Shown here piece after piece: positions 7,627 to 18,367 of a stretch of 64,000 nucleotides of DNA. Source of the DNA: Candidatus Beckwithbacteria bacterium. Lineage in GTDB: Bacteria; Patescibacteriota; Microgenomatia; UBA1400; UBA1449. A program made the position numbers and the translations under genes. The notes under the pieces are model-generated. The model did not search any database. It was not told where the DNA came from and was given only the letters and a program-made list of their open reading frames with translations. Numbering within the stretch: the first letter of the stretch is position 1; every line of letters starts with the position of its first letter. The stretch covers positions 3,767-67,766 of the forward strand of contig JAAZOH010000025.1 of assembly GCA_012797845.1 (NCBI GenBank). Reading direction: 5' to 3'.

Positions 7627-8769
7627 TTAAAAAACCTCTTGATAAACCTGCCAGGTTTGAGCAGCTGCTTTTTCCCATGTGTAAGTCTTACTATACTTCA
7701 TGCCTTTTTCAACAATCTTATTCCGCTGCTTATCACCAAGGTTCATAGCTTGCTGCATCAGCTCAAAGAGCTGCTGACTATTATGAGGATCAAAATACCA
7801 AGCATTAGAACCATAAATCTCTGGTAAGCTGCCGGTATTACTACTAATTACCGGGCAAGCACTGGCCATAGCTTCTAATCCTGGTAAACCAAAACCCTCC
7901 ATAAGCGATGGAAAAACATACGCCCTAGCTTGAGCATATAAAAATTTTAATTCTTCATCAGGCACATTGCCGGGCATAACTATATAATTTTCCAGTTTAT
8001 ATTTGGCAATCTGGTCTTTAAGTCTTTGCCAAAAAACGTTTCTGGCACAGGCAATCAAAAGCTGAACCTTGTTATTTTGAGCTTTAAACTGCTTTAAAGC
8101 TTCAAGTAAAACTTCTAAATTTTTACTAGGATAGGCTGAGCCTGTATAAACAAAGTAAGGAGCATTTAACTGATATTTCTTTTGGATTTTTTTTGAAGCC
8201 GCACTTTCCAATGTGAGGTTCAAATTATATGGCTCACTAACCCCCTCATAAACAACTCTAATTTTATCTTTAGCCAGTGGATAATGAACCGCCACCTGAT
8301 CTTTAGTAAACAGCGATGGTGTAATAATACATTCTGATCGTTTAATAGCTTGGCCAATCGTCAACCGGTAACCACCATATTTAAGCCAATAAACTAAACT
8401 GCTTCGGGTTGTTACTGGCTTGCCTTTAAAAAAATGTTTGATCAAATCATGAATAGTGACAATATATGGAGTTTTGGCTAAAACTGGCACATTAAAATGC
8501 ATAAAATGCATGAGGTCTAATTTTTCCTTATCAATTACGCCTCCAAACTGAAGTTGTTCTTTAAGAGAATAGTGAGGAATTTCGGTTTCAACCAGATGAC
8601 AGTTTTTAAGCAAAGCTTTGTCTTCCTGCCATTGGTGACGATTGATAAAGAGCGTAAAGTCGGCTTTATCCTGATATTTATTTAAAAGCGCTAAAACCAA
8701 CTCACGAGTATAGCGGCCCAAACCCGCATGAGTAATACCCCAAAACCGACAATCAAGCCCTATCTTCAT
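7627..8769 (-). CDS. GT4 glycosyltransferase (MtfB-like)
   Basis: IGLD, GLGRYTREL, VTIHDL and EGFGLPGLEAM motifs. Confidence 0.92.
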   Translation of the reverse strand: MKIGLDCRFWGITHAGLGRYTRELVLALLNKYQDKADFTLFINRHQWQEDKALLKNCHLVETEIPHYSLKEQLQFGGVIDKEKLDLMHFMHFNVPVLAKTPYIVTIHDLIKHFFKGKPVTTRSSLVYWLKYGGYRLTIGQAIKRSECIITPSLFTKDQVAVHYPLAKDKIRVVYEGVSEPYNLNLTLESAASKKIQKKYQLNAPYFVYTGSAYPSKNLEVLLEALKQFKAQNNKVQLLIACARNVFWQRLKDQIAKYKLENYIVMPGNVPDEELKFLYAQARAYVFPSLMEGFGLPGLEAMASACPVISSNTGSLPEIYGSNAWYFDPHNSQQLFELMQQAMNLGDKQRNKIVEKGMKYSKTYTWEKAAAQTWQVYQEVF

Positions 8770-9625
8770 ATTTGCCTTTCTGCCAATTGATTACTGCAAA
8801 AATCAGCCACATTAAGGGTTTGGGATATGTCTTAGCATAGTGTTTTTTATAAAAAAGCTGCATGGTCTCCCAAAAATAGTAATGGCTTTTACTTTGTTTG
8901 TCTTTTCTGCCTGACTCGCCTTTTAAATGCAAAGCCTGGGAAACAGGGTTAAAAGCAATATTGAATCCTTGTTTTTTAAGCCGTAAACATAAATCAATAT
9001 CCTCAGCATACATAAAATAGCCTTCATCAAATAGACCAACCTGATCTAAAACTTGTTTGCGAATTAGGAAAAAAGCTCCGGAAATTACATCCACTTGATG
9101 AGCTTTGGTCATATCTTTCCAACCCTGATGATAGCCGCCAAATAGTTTGGTTGTTGGAAATAGTTTTTCTAGTTTGGCAAAATAAGTTAGACTTGCCCAA
9201 GGTGTGGGAAAGCCGCGATGACAGGCCGGATCCAGTTTGCCGCTTTGTAAAATCAGCTTACAGGTAGCTGCAGCAAAATCCTGGTTTTTTTCTAAAAAGT
9301 TAAGCTGTTTTTTAATAGTGTCTTTTTCTAAAATTACGTCTGAATTAAGCAGAAGAATATATGTTCCCGAAGCTTTGCGGATACCTTTATTATTACCAGC
9401 CGCAAAACCAGTATTACGGGTATTTTCAATAATGGTCACTTTTATTTGCTTATGATCTTGCTTAAAAGTTTTAAAGGCTTTTGCAGAATCATCACTAGAA
9501 GCATTGTCCACTAAAACTATTTCCCAGCTATACGAGTCAAAGTCACTTTGACAAACCGACTCTAAGCATTTCAGCGTTATATCTTTGGTGTTGTAATTTA
9601 AAATGATAATAGAAATATCAATCAT
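8753..9625 (-). CDS. GT2 glycosyltransferase (WbbL-like)
   Basis: SIIILNYN, VDNASSD, GFAAGNN, LLLNSD and FMYAEDIDLC motifs. Confidence 0.92.
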   Translation of the reverse strand: MIDISIIILNYNTKDITLKCLESVCQSDFDSYSWEIVLVDNASSDDSAKAFKTFKQDHKQIKVTIIENTRNTGFAAGNNKGIRKASGTYILLLNSDVILEKDTIKKQLNFLEKNQDFAAATCKLILQSGKLDPACHRGFPTPWASLTYFAKLEKLFPTTKLFGGYHQGWKDMTKAHQVDVISGAFFLIRKQVLDQVGLFDEGYFMYAEDIDLCLRLKKQGFNIAFNPVSQALHLKGESGRKDKQSKSHYYFWETMQLFYKKHYAKTYPKPLMWLIFAVINWQKGKYEDRA

Positions 9626-9626
9626 A

Positions 9627-10823
9627 TTATTTCTTTTTCCCTAATTCTTGATAAATCCGGTCTAGTTCTCTGGAAATCACTGTCCAATCGTAGCGAGACG
9701 AAACCAGGCGTTTACCATTTTGAGCTAGTTTATTTTGCAATTTTTTATCCTGTAAAATTTTGATAGTTTTAGTAGCTAAACCTTCAGCGGTTTCGGCTAC
9801 TAACGCATCTTGGCCTGGCCGGACATCTAAGCCTTCAACACTCAGTGAAGTTCCCACTACTGGCAAGCCCATAGCCATAGCTTCCAAAACTTTATAGCGG
9901 GTTCCTTTACCAGACCGCACTGGAGCTAGTAATACATGAGCCTGGCGATAGGCATCTCGAATATCTTCTATCCCTCCAGAAACAGTAATCGAATCTTGCT
10001 GCCCATAAGCTAGGATTTTTTTGCTCGGCGAAAAACCGACAATATGAAGTTTCGCACCTGGAATTTTAGCAATAATTTTAGGCCAAATTTGTTCCACTAA
10101 AAATTCGACTGCATCGGCATTAGGCAACCATTTAAACGTCCCGACAAATAACACCGTTGGTTGCTGGGGGTTTAATTTTTTGACACTATTAAAAAATTCC
10201 ATATCTACCCCATTGGCTACCACTGCAATATTGAGTTTTTTACCCACTTCTTTTTGAATAAAAACTTTATCATCAGCCGACATAGTCACTAATTTACTGG
10301 CCTGCTGCCAAAAATAGGTTTCCCAACGTTTAATCTTGGCAATATCAATTGAAAGCAGCGGCTTAATCGGCCAAAATTTCACATTGTGGGCATAGCTTTG
10401 ATAGCCCAAATATTCAATCGTTTGTTCTACTAGCAAAATCGGAGTTTTAGTTTTGGGGATATTAGGCATCATGTAAAAAGTCTCCGCATGAATCAGATCG
10501 TATTGATCATTTTTAAGCTCTTGCTCAATAATATGAGAAGCCCGAATCGGCATATTGCGAGTCACTAAAAAAGGGTAAGCCGTCAAACCGGCCAGTAAGA
10601 TATTGCGTGGCGACCAAGGATTTTTAGTCCGTTTCAGCAGCACCACTTTTTTACAAAATTTTTTCAGTTGCGGCAAATATTGACGTTCGCCGTCATCTTT
10701 TATCAGAGAAAAAAGAGTAATTTCGTGATGGTCTTTAAGGTTTTTAAGTAGATTGTAAGTGCGAATCTGTCCACCCGAAAGTAATGGGTAAGGCAGATAT
10801 GGAGTAAGCATCAATATCTTCAT
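9627..10823 (-). CDS. GT4 glycosyltransferase
   Basis: PYPLLSGGQIR, NGVD, WLPNADA and GTRYKVLEAMA motifs. Confidence 0.9.
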   Translation of the reverse strand: MKILMLTPYLPYPLLSGGQIRTYNLLKNLKDHHEITLFSLIKDDGERQYLPQLKKFCKKVVLLKRTKNPWSPRNILLAGLTAYPFLVTRNMPIRASHIIEQELKNDQYDLIHAETFYMMPNIPKTKTPILLVEQTIEYLGYQSYAHNVKFWPIKPLLSIDIAKIKRWETYFWQQASKLVTMSADDKVFIQKEVGKKLNIAVVANGVDMEFFNSVKKLNPQQPTVLFVGTFKWLPNADAVEFLVEQIWPKIIAKIPGAKLHIVGFSPSKKILAYGQQDSITVSGGIEDIRDAYRQAHVLLAPVRSGKGTRYKVLEAMAMGLPVVGTSLSVEGLDVRPGQDALVAETAEGLATKTIKILQDKKLQNKLAQNGKRLVSSRYDWTVISRELDRIYQELGKKK

Positions 10824-10834
10824 AAAATCCCAAA

Positions 10835-12316
10835 CTACATGCTAATGACGTCTAGAGTCGAAGAATCATCAGGACTAGCTTGCTCTTCCTGACAGGTTTG
10901 GAGATCAATAATTACAAATTTTTCATTTCTAATCAAAGTCTGACACCGATCCAACCAGTAGTTAGTTTGATCATCATAATTGACTGAAACCAGATAATCT
11001 GCCCCATCTTGCTTGATCCACTGCCACATAGTTTCTACGACATCAAAATCAGTCCAACCATTGCGTTGTGTTTGATACAAAAAAGCCGGATCTTTTTGAT
11101 AAGGCGCAATCACCCGCGCATCTTTGGGAGTCAGCTGATCTACTGCTTGGCCTGCTTCAATAATTTCAGGATGATTAATATTAAAAAATCCTCTTGTTTC
11201 ATACCAACCAAAAGCTAGCATTAAAAGCACTAAAACTAAAGCTACAAACCAATTGATCATTTTCCCCATAAAACCGACACCATTTTTAAGTAAGAAATCT
11301 ACTCCCTTGGCCATTAAAACACAACCAACCGGCACTAATGGTAATTGGTAGTAATCGTGAGTTACATTTCCCCGGGCAAAATAGGTCATATAAATAATTA
11401 CTGCCAATAGCCAAAATTCAAAAAACCAACCTTCTTTTTTAATCCGATTACTAACCAAACCAAAGAAAAATAAGACAAAACCACCGGTTGCAAAAATTAG
11501 TCGGTTCATCCGCTCAAAAATCAGCCACCTGAAAAAAGCTCCAGTAAAACGGATATCACCTTGATTAATCAGCCAACCCGAACCAAACATGCCTTCGGGG
11601 TGTTGATTGATATGAAGACGCCATAAAGCCAATGGAATCAAACCTAAGGCTAAAATGATATACAGACCTGGCTTTTTAAAAGCTTTAAGCCGGAAAGCCC
11701 GGATAACCAAATAGCTGGCCGGCAAAAGCAGAACAATAGCATATGGTTTGGTTAGCATCGCCACTGCCCAAGCTAAACCAGTCAAAATAGCATAGCTGAT
11801 TTTTTGTTTATAAACCCACAAACTTAAAAAGTATAAGCTAGCAATAGAAAAACAGATATGCATAGGATCAGGCATCACGACCCGACCGTAATAAATATTG
11901 AAAGGCAAAATAGCAAACAAAACTGCTGCTAAAAATCCCACTCTGGCATTAATCAGTTTTTTGGTCAGAAGATATAAAAAGACAGTTGCTAAGCTAGCAA
12001 AAAAGACTGAAACTAGCCGAGCATAAATAGTATTAATTCCAAACATCTTGTAGAGAATAGCTACAATAGCGTTGTAAACCGGAAATTCATTTAAAAAGTA
12101 GCGCTCCGGATTGGGCAAGCCATTCATGGGTAGATAGTTATGCGCCTTAGGATAAAGTAAATTAATGCCATTTTGAGCCATATCCCGAGCTACTGCTGCC
12201 GTATCTGACTGACGCCAGGAATGCCAGTCAGCAATGGGATTATCGATTTTATAAAGCCGAGGTATAAACGCTAAAACAAAGAGAAATACCAGTACTAATA
12301 TTTGTGAAAGTTTCAT
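10835..12316 (-). CDS. GT-C fold membrane glycosyltransferase (ArnT/PMT-like)
   Basis: Multi-pass; first loop HSWRQSDTAAVAR, EFPVY, MPDP, TKP and HDYYQLP motifs. Confidence 0.8.
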   Translation of the reverse strand: MKLSQILVLVFLFVLAFIPRLYKIDNPIADWHSWRQSDTAAVARDMAQNGINLLYPKAHNYLPMNGLPNPERYFLNEFPVYNAIVAILYKMFGINTIYARLVSVFFASLATVFLYLLTKKLINARVGFLAAVLFAILPFNIYYGRVVMPDPMHICFSIASLYFLSLWVYKQKISYAILTGLAWAVAMLTKPYAIVLLLPASYLVIRAFRLKAFKKPGLYIILALGLIPLALWRLHINQHPEGMFGSGWLINQGDIRFTGAFFRWLIFERMNRLIFATGGFVLFFFGLVSNRIKKEGWFFEFWLLAVIIYMTYFARGNVTHDYYQLPLVPVGCVLMAKGVDFLLKNGVGFMGKMINWFVALVLVLLMLAFGWYETRGFFNINHPEIIEAGQAVDQLTPKDARVIAPYQKDPAFLYQTQRNGWTDFDVVETMWQWIKQDGADYLVSVNYDDQTNYWLDRCQTLIRNEKFVIIDLQTCQEEQASPDDSSTLDVISM

Positions 12317-12318
12317 AA

Positions 12319-13932
12319 CTACTTTGTTTTTTTATGATTTTTTTTATCTTTAAGTGTCAGCAAAGCTAATGCCAAAAATAACCCCATAAAAGACCAATAA
12401 GAATACGCTACTTTAGAAGACTCAAACACATCAATATACATAGCATTGATAATAAGTCCGATACTAATACCAATACCGGCTGCAAAGAGTCCATAATAGA
12501 GTGGTTCGGAACTTTTTCTAAAAGCTTTGTAAAAAATGGCAATTGAAAGCCCAAAGATAGACATAAAAGTAATAAAGCCCAAAAGTCCTGTTTCACCCAA
12601 AAGTCGTAAATAGTCATTATCAGTTGATTCGGCTGGAGTTTGTTCCCAAACCACAGCTTTGACCAAGGTTGAATAACCAGTCCCTAAAAGCGGATTTGTC
12701 TTAAAAGCAGCAATAGCTCTGGGCCAAAGAGTATCTAATCTAATACCAGTTGATAGACCATACTTTAAGGCATTTTCTGAGTAATCTGCATGAACCACGG
12801 CTGAAGCAGTAGCTTCGGCTGAACTTGTCGCTTCTTGTACATAAGGGTCTTCATATACATCGTCTGGACGAGCTTTAACTTGAGCAGCAACTGGAGTAGG
12901 AGTTGGCTTAACTGGAGATGGTGGTACATCTGATTGAGAAGCTACCATGGCCAGTTGTTCTTCCAAGGGAATGTCATCTCGAAGCTCAATCGCATCTGGT
13001 GGAGGCGGCCTTAGGGCTTTATTAAAATCAGTTTTTAAATCTTGTAGTTTAATAACCTGAGCAAAACGCTCTGACATCGGCCCAATGGTTAGCATGATAG
13101 ACATTGAAACAAAAACAATAATAAATAAACGTTTACCAGCCCAAAACCAACCCTTTTTAAAAGCTAAGAATAGAAACAAAATAGATACCGAAGCCAAAAA
13201 AGCCATAAACGAAGTTCGCGAAGCTGTCAAATTAAGCAACCAATATTCACACAGAGCGATAAATAATAGAATAGCTGACAACCACCATTTTTTGATCGTA
13301 AAAGCTATACCAATAACAATAGTCAGCGTTAGCATAATATAAGCTGCTAGATCATAGTGACCACCAAAGGTTGATAAAACCCGGGCATGCTCAGAAAGAT
13401 ACAAAACGATTCCTTTGGAAAACTCCCGATTCATAGTTGAATACGCTGGCCAATAGAGGTATTTCTGGCCAAAACCATAGACAAACACCCCTACTACTGT
13501 GCCCACTAAAGCCGTCAGGTAGTATTTGATCTGTTCCTTAGTAGAGATAGCGCTATAGAAAATGAAAAACAGTGAAAAATACTCAATTCTTCTAAAGTAG
13601 TGTAGATACAGTTTGAGAATTTGGTAGGTTTCGGTGGTAACTGTCTGGGTAATAAAAATAGCTGACAGCGTTGATAAAAGTCCAACTACTAAATAAGCCA
13701 GGATTGGTTTAAATAGCGGAATTTCTTTCAGCTTTATCTTGCCTCGCAAAACATAAATTCCCCAAATTAAAAATGAGAACAAAACTAAAAAATCCTCAAG
13801 TCTAATCCGGACAATATATCCAGGCAAGACATCAAACATAGGCCATTTAGGATAGAGCGGAATAAATACAATCAGCATCAAACTGATAGCAAAGAGCAAA
13901 TTGTCATCAATTAATTTAAGGATTTTGTTCAT
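12319..13932 (-). CDS. O-antigen ligase/Wzy-family membrane protein
   Basis: RVLSTFGG, LTASRTS, IRLDTLW...NPLLGTG and DNDYLRLLGETGLLG motifs; about 12 TM segments. Confidence 0.85.
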   Translation of the reverse strand: MNKILKLIDDNLLFAISLMLIVFIPLYPKWPMFDVLPGYIVRIRLEDFLVLFSFLIWGIYVLRGKIKLKEIPLFKPILAYLVVGLLSTLSAIFITQTVTTETYQILKLYLHYFRRIEYFSLFFIFYSAISTKEQIKYYLTALVGTVVGVFVYGFGQKYLYWPAYSTMNREFSKGIVLYLSEHARVLSTFGGHYDLAAYIMLTLTIVIGIAFTIKKWWLSAILLFIALCEYWLLNLTASRTSFMAFLASVSILFLFLAFKKGWFWAGKRLFIIVFVSMSIMLTIGPMSERFAQVIKLQDLKTDFNKALRPPPPDAIELRDDIPLEEQLAMVASQSDVPPSPVKPTPTPVAAQVKARPDDVYEDPYVQEATSSAEATASAVVHADYSENALKYGLSTGIRLDTLWPRAIAAFKTNPLLGTGYSTLVKAVVWEQTPAESTDNDYLRLLGETGLLGFITFMSIFGLSIAIFYKAFRKSSEPLYYGLFAAGIGISIGLIINAMYIDVFESSKVAYSYWSFMGLFLALALLTLKDKKNHKKTK

Positions 13933-14833
13933 AGTTTTTTGAATTTTCCAGCAAAGCCCTATACACCTTAGCTTTGTCTGGGCTTATGATAGCAAAAAGG
14001 ACGCTGCGCAACAACGCCCCCCACTGCAAAGCAGCTGCCAAACTATCTCGTTTTTTAGGAAAATGTTTTTGATAAAAGTGCCACAATCCCTGATATTCCC
14101 CTTGAATAGCTTTGGCAAAACCATCTTGCGAAGAACCACCTTTAGCATGAACTAGCTTTATATTAGGATCAAAAATAATATTGGTGTTTTGTTTTTTAGC
14201 CCGAAAACATAAGTCAACTTCTTCACCATACATAAAGATTGATTCATCAAAACCACCAATGTTATTAAACAATTCTTTCGGCATTAACATAAAGGCTCCA
14301 GTCACCCAATCAACACTACGTCTTTTTTTATAAAAACTGGCTCGACTTTCCTGATAAGATTTGAGTAGTGAATCAATAATTGGCAGGTCATCAACAAACA
14401 GCATCTGCAACCAAACTCGGATAAGTGTCGGAGCAAAACCAGCTGAAGCTTGAATGCTTTGATCGCTATTTAATAGTTGGGCGCCAATAATTGTATTGGT
14501 AAAATTTTCTTTTTTATCGCTTTGTTTTAATAAAAATGTTTGTAAAGAATTATCAATCAAATAGGCATCGGAGTTTAGCAACAAAATCAAATCACCACTG
14601 GCCTTAGCTACTCCCTGATTATTAGCAGCTCCAAATCCAACATTCTTTTTATTGGCTATGATTGTAACTTTAGGAAAATTCTTTTTGACATATGCTACCG
14701 AGTCATCACTTGAGGCATTATCAACCACAACAACTTCAAATTCAATCTTGGGCAAGTATGTGTAAAGAGAATTTAAACATGTATCCAAAAGCGCTTTGGT
14801 ATTGTAGCTGGTAATGATAATTGAAAGTTTCAT
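13916..14833 (-). CDS. GT2 glycosyltransferase (WbbL-like)
   Basis: VDNASSD, GFGAANN, LLLNSD, DWVTGA and FMYGEEVDLC motifs. Confidence 0.92.
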   Translation of the reverse strand: MKLSIIITSYNTKALLDTCLNSLYTYLPKIEFEVVVVDNASSDDSVAYVKKNFPKVTIIANKKNVGFGAANNQGVAKASGDLILLLNSDAYLIDNSLQTFLLKQSDKKENFTNTIIGAQLLNSDQSIQASAGFAPTLIRVWLQMLFVDDLPIIDSLLKSYQESRASFYKKRRSVDWVTGAFMLMPKELFNNIGGFDESIFMYGEEVDLCFRAKKQNTNIIFDPNIKLVHAKGGSSQDGFAKAIQGEYQGLWHFYQKHFPKKRDSLAAALQWGALLRSVLFAIISPDKAKVYRALLENSKNYEQNP

Positions 14834-15285
14834 GAAGACTTCGTTTTTACTACCCAGGTTCGGGCGACTAAATCTTGCAGGGCTCGGTTTTTGAAATCAA
14901 TTACCATAATCAAAATAAATAATCCGGTACACATAAGCGGAGCATACCAAGCATTACCGGTAAATTGCAATAAGGCGTAGAGTAATACTAAACTGGCAAT
15001 AGCATTGGTTAAAGACATAACAACAATCTGCGGCAGAATGAGTCTGCCATGAAGAGCCACAACTTTGATTTTAAATATTTTTTTACCTAAAGTTGCTCCA
15101 CTATTTAGGTAAGTTAACCCCGCATCATAGACTAAAAAAATTGACAAACCTAGCATTTGTTCAGCCATAGTATTTTTCACTGCAAAAAATAAAATAAAGG
15201 ACAGTAAAGCAATAATACAGCCATCAATTACATCAGCTAGAAAACGTTTATACACCGGGGCTTTGGACAGATTTTGTTTTTTCAT
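14830..15285 (-). CDS. RDD family membrane protein
   Basis: KRFLADVID, GATLGKKIFKIKVV and RALQDLVARTWVV motifs. Confidence 0.88.
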   Translation of the reverse strand: MKKQNLSKAPVYKRFLADVIDGCIIALLSFILFFAVKNTMAEQMLGLSIFLVYDAGLTYLNSGATLGKKIFKIKVVALHGRLILPQIVVMSLTNAIASLVLLYALLQFTGNAWYAPLMCTGLFILIMVIDFKNRALQDLVARTWVVKTKSS

Positions 15286-15288
15286 ACG

Positions 15289-15885
15289 TTATTGAAAAAG
15301 CCTAGCTCTACCTAAAGTATATGCTAATTTTTGTTCTTTGCGCATCCGGATTTTTTTAGCTGGCACTCCTCCAACCACCGTCATTTCTGGTACGTCTTCG
15401 GCAACCACTGCTCCAGCCGCTACTATGGCTCCTTTACCAATCGTTACACCTGGTAAAATAATGGCTCTTGGCCCAATAAAAACATAATCATGAATAATAA
15501 CCGACTTTTCAATGGGCTTAAAATCAAAACTATCAATATCATGTTGACTGTTGTAAATCATCACCTCAGAAGCAATATCCACATGATTGCCAATTTGCAG
15601 CTTGTCCCGACCATCTAAAAAAGCCCGCATACCAATAATTGTGTCTTCGCCAATGGTGATATTGGCAGGTTTGAAAAAATTAGCCTTAATATGGATAACA
15701 GAGCCTTTGCCGATTTTGATTCCAGCTAGCACGTAGAAAAATTTGCGAAACCAAAACAAAGGCACGCAACTCACAAAACGAAGTATCATCAGCTCAAAAT
15801 CTAAAATCCAATTATAAAAACGGTTGATAATTTTGTGGCCAGCTTCTTGATTTGATAATGGTCGACCCATGCGATCTTTAAACAT
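15289..15885 (-). CDS. Hexapeptide-repeat (LbH) sugar O-acyltransferase
   Basis: IKIGKGS, ITIGEDT, VFIGPRAIILPGVTIGKGAIVAAGAVV and VGGVPAK motifs. Confidence 0.9.
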   Translation of the reverse strand: MFKDRMGRPLSNQEAGHKIINRFYNWILDFELMILRFVSCVPLFWFRKFFYVLAGIKIGKGSVIHIKANFFKPANITIGEDTIIGMRAFLDGRDKLQIGNHVDIASEVMIYNSQHDIDSFDFKPIEKSVIIHDYVFIGPRAIILPGVTIGKGAIVAAGAVVAEDVPEMTVVGGVPAKKIRMRKEQKLAYTLGRARLFQ

Positions 15886-15887
15886 AA

Positions 15888-17027
15888 TTATTTCCTAGCA
15901 AGATGCTCTAAAACTGTTAAGGTTTTTTGAGCGCAATCTTGCCAGGTAAATTTTAGAGCTTGAGCTCTACCTTTAGCCTGAATTTCTTTCAATCTATTCA
16001 CTGATAATTGTAACACGGACGAGGTAACTTGAGCGATATTTTGGGCGGATTTAGGATCGTCAATATAAAAAGCTGCCTCGCCTCCGACTTCTGGTAAACT
16101 GGAAACCCGGCTTACAATTACTGGTACATCTAAAGCCATAGCTTCTAAAACCGGCAAGCCAAAGCCTTCATACAGACTTGGCAAGATAAAAGCCTGAGCA
16201 TGCCGCAATAGCTCATATTTTTCAAAATTACTCACATAGCCAGTAAAAATAACTTCGCTGCGAAGTTTTAAATTTTTGACTTTAGTAAAAATCTCATCAT
16301 AAAGCCAACCTTTTTTTCCAACAATGACTAGCTTCAACTTAGGAAATTGTTTTTTTAAAATAGTAAAACTATCAAGCAAAGCACTTATATTTTTTCTTGG
16401 CTGTAGTGTGCCCACATAAATTAGATACGGCCTGGTAATTCCCAAGTAGGCCTGCAAGTTTTTAAAACTATTGTCTCCTGGTTTTTTAGAAACTTTTAAC
16501 GATAAACCCGGATAGGTAACCGTAATTTTTTCTGGATTAATTCGGTAATGTTTGACAATATCATCTTTAGTGCTTTGAGAAATGGCCAGAATATGACTGG
16601 CTTTTTTAACAGATCTCCTAGTCCATGCCTTAAGCTGCCTTAAATCACTCCCTCTAAAATCATCAGGAAACATAAGATAAGCCAAATCCATAATGGTCAC
16701 TACAGTCGGAACTGATGAAAACCGAGGGCTATAATGACCAGGCGAAAAATATATGTCAGGAGCTTTACCAGATAATTTTTCCAAGGTAAGTTCCAATGGT
16801 AAGCGCCACTGTGTCCAGGCTAAACTTGGCCCAAAGGTCTTATAATCCCAATTCGTCAATATGCCCGGTAATGTAGTTTGCCGGTCTTGCTTTAAATACA
16901 CTCGAACCTGTTTAGTTTTATCTACTCTAATCAGCTCATGCAAAGCCGACAATAATTCGTAAGCGTAGACATTGGAACCGACGCGGTTCTGGACATTGGC
17001 TTCATTGCCATCTATTCCTATGATCAT
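15888..17027 (-). CDS. GT4 glycosyltransferase (MtfB-like)
   Basis: IGIDG, GTLQPRKN, EGFGLPVLEAM and SSLPEV motifs. Confidence 0.92.
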   Translation of the reverse strand: MIIGIDGNEANVQNRVGSNVYAYELLSALHELIRVDKTKQVRVYLKQDRQTTLPGILTNWDYKTFGPSLAWTQWRLPLELTLEKLSGKAPDIYFSPGHYSPRFSSVPTVVTIMDLAYLMFPDDFRGSDLRQLKAWTRRSVKKASHILAISQSTKDDIVKHYRINPEKITVTYPGLSLKVSKKPGDNSFKNLQAYLGITRPYLIYVGTLQPRKNISALLDSFTILKKQFPKLKLVIVGKKGWLYDEIFTKVKNLKLRSEVIFTGYVSNFEKYELLRHAQAFILPSLYEGFGLPVLEAMALDVPVIVSRVSSLPEVGGEAAFYIDDPKSAQNIAQVTSSVLQLSVNRLKEIQAKGRAQALKFTWQDCAQKTLTVLEHLARK

Positions 17028-18367
17028 AGTTTTATGTTTAGTTTATCGTAAATATTGGCCAGAACCAACGGCAGGCTTAAAAAAACTATTGGCATATACA
17101 AAACTCCCCAAGCGTGATTCCAATGGCTGGTTCCGATTACTAGATAAGAAATTGGCAAAATAAAATATGGCAAAAACCAAGCACTATATTTTTGCAAAGA
17201 AAGTAATAGGCCAACAATAGCCACAAGATAAATTCCTAAAAAAATTCTAAAGGCATAAAGTAGATATTCCCAAGAACCAAAAGCAAACGTAGTCATAAAA
17301 AGCGCGGCGCCTTCACCATGAAAGCGAAGTTTAAATGTCGAAGCGTTTTTAGCTAGTGGCACTAGCTGAGCTATTTCAAAAGTATGAATGATAAGCATTC
17401 CTGAAAAAGCCAAAACCGGAATCATATAGGCAAAACGCTTAGGCCATTTTTTGACCAGAGCTATCAAAGCAATGAGACCAATCGGAATCAACAGTAATTC
17501 CCGACTACAAACAGCTAAACTGAGCAGCAAAACTGTTAGCCAAGTTTTTTGTTTTATAAAAGCCCAACTAGCCCAAAGCGTAAAGCTAATTGCCCACCAT
17601 TCGATTTGCAACATAGTCCAATCTCTAGCCGCAAAATGCAGATAAGGCAATAAAAGATAAGGAAAAACAATTGAGACAAACTGGAGCTTAGCCGGCAAAA
17701 GTTGTTTAGCAATTTCATAGATGGCTATTAAATTTAAACTAAACATGAGTAATAATTCAAAATGGATGGCCAGACCATTTTGAATAGGAATCAAACGCCA
17801 CAAATAAAAAACTGTTGGCAGACGCCATCCCCAAACATCGCGAGGCCCTTGTGTAGGCACACTGTGATATTTGAAAGCTTCCAGATGAGCTTGGTAATAA
17901 TTTTGTTTTTCCATGTTGTAATAGGTTTTTAAATACAAACCCATATCATGGGTATAGGTACCATTTTGAGGATTGGCACTAAGGTAAGTTCGCAGTTGAC
18001 TAGAATTTTGCCAGCTAGTTAATAGAAAAACTAACAAAAGTCCTGTCAATAAAATTTGAGGATATTTTTTAAGGTAAGCATAACTAATTGAAACCAAGCT
18101 AAGAACTAAACCAGCTATAAGCAAAATAGGAAGTGCTTTAATTTCAAGATTGGCAAATTGCTGGTCAGCCAAATACGCTAGTCCTACACCAATAAAATAA
18201 AACCATAGAGGTAGTTTTAGTTTTTTTAAAAAAAACAGTAAAAGTGTCAAAGAACCGGCTAACCCTAGATACATATCAAATTGGCCATTGGGATTAACTA
18301 ACCCTAAAAAAACTAGGGCTAAAAGAGCAAATTTTAAAATTATAGTTTTATATTTATTTTTACTCAT
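17024..18367 (-). CDS. Multi-pass membrane protein, probable divergent GT-C glycosyltransferase
   Basis: About 11 TM segments; external loop THD..LY; WRLP, IEWW and SRE motifs positioned as in GT-C enzymes. Confidence 0.55.
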   Translation of the reverse strand: MSKNKYKTIILKFALLALVFLGLVNPNGQFDMYLGLAGSLTLLLFFLKKLKLPLWFYFIGVGLAYLADQQFANLEIKALPILLIAGLVLSLVSISYAYLKKYPQILLTGLLLVFLLTSWQNSSQLRTYLSANPQNGTYTHDMGLYLKTYYNMEKQNYYQAHLEAFKYHSVPTQGPRDVWGWRLPTVFYLWRLIPIQNGLAIHFELLLMFSLNLIAIYEIAKQLLPAKLQFVSIVFPYLLLPYLHFAARDWTMLQIEWWAISFTLWASWAFIKQKTWLTVLLLSLAVCSRELLLIPIGLIALIALVKKWPKRFAYMIPVLAFSGMLIIHTFEIAQLVPLAKNASTFKLRFHGEGAALFMTTFAFGSWEYLLYAFRIFLGIYLVAIVGLLLSLQKYSAWFLPYFILPISYLVIGTSHWNHAWGVLYMPIVFLSLPLVLANIYDKLNIKL

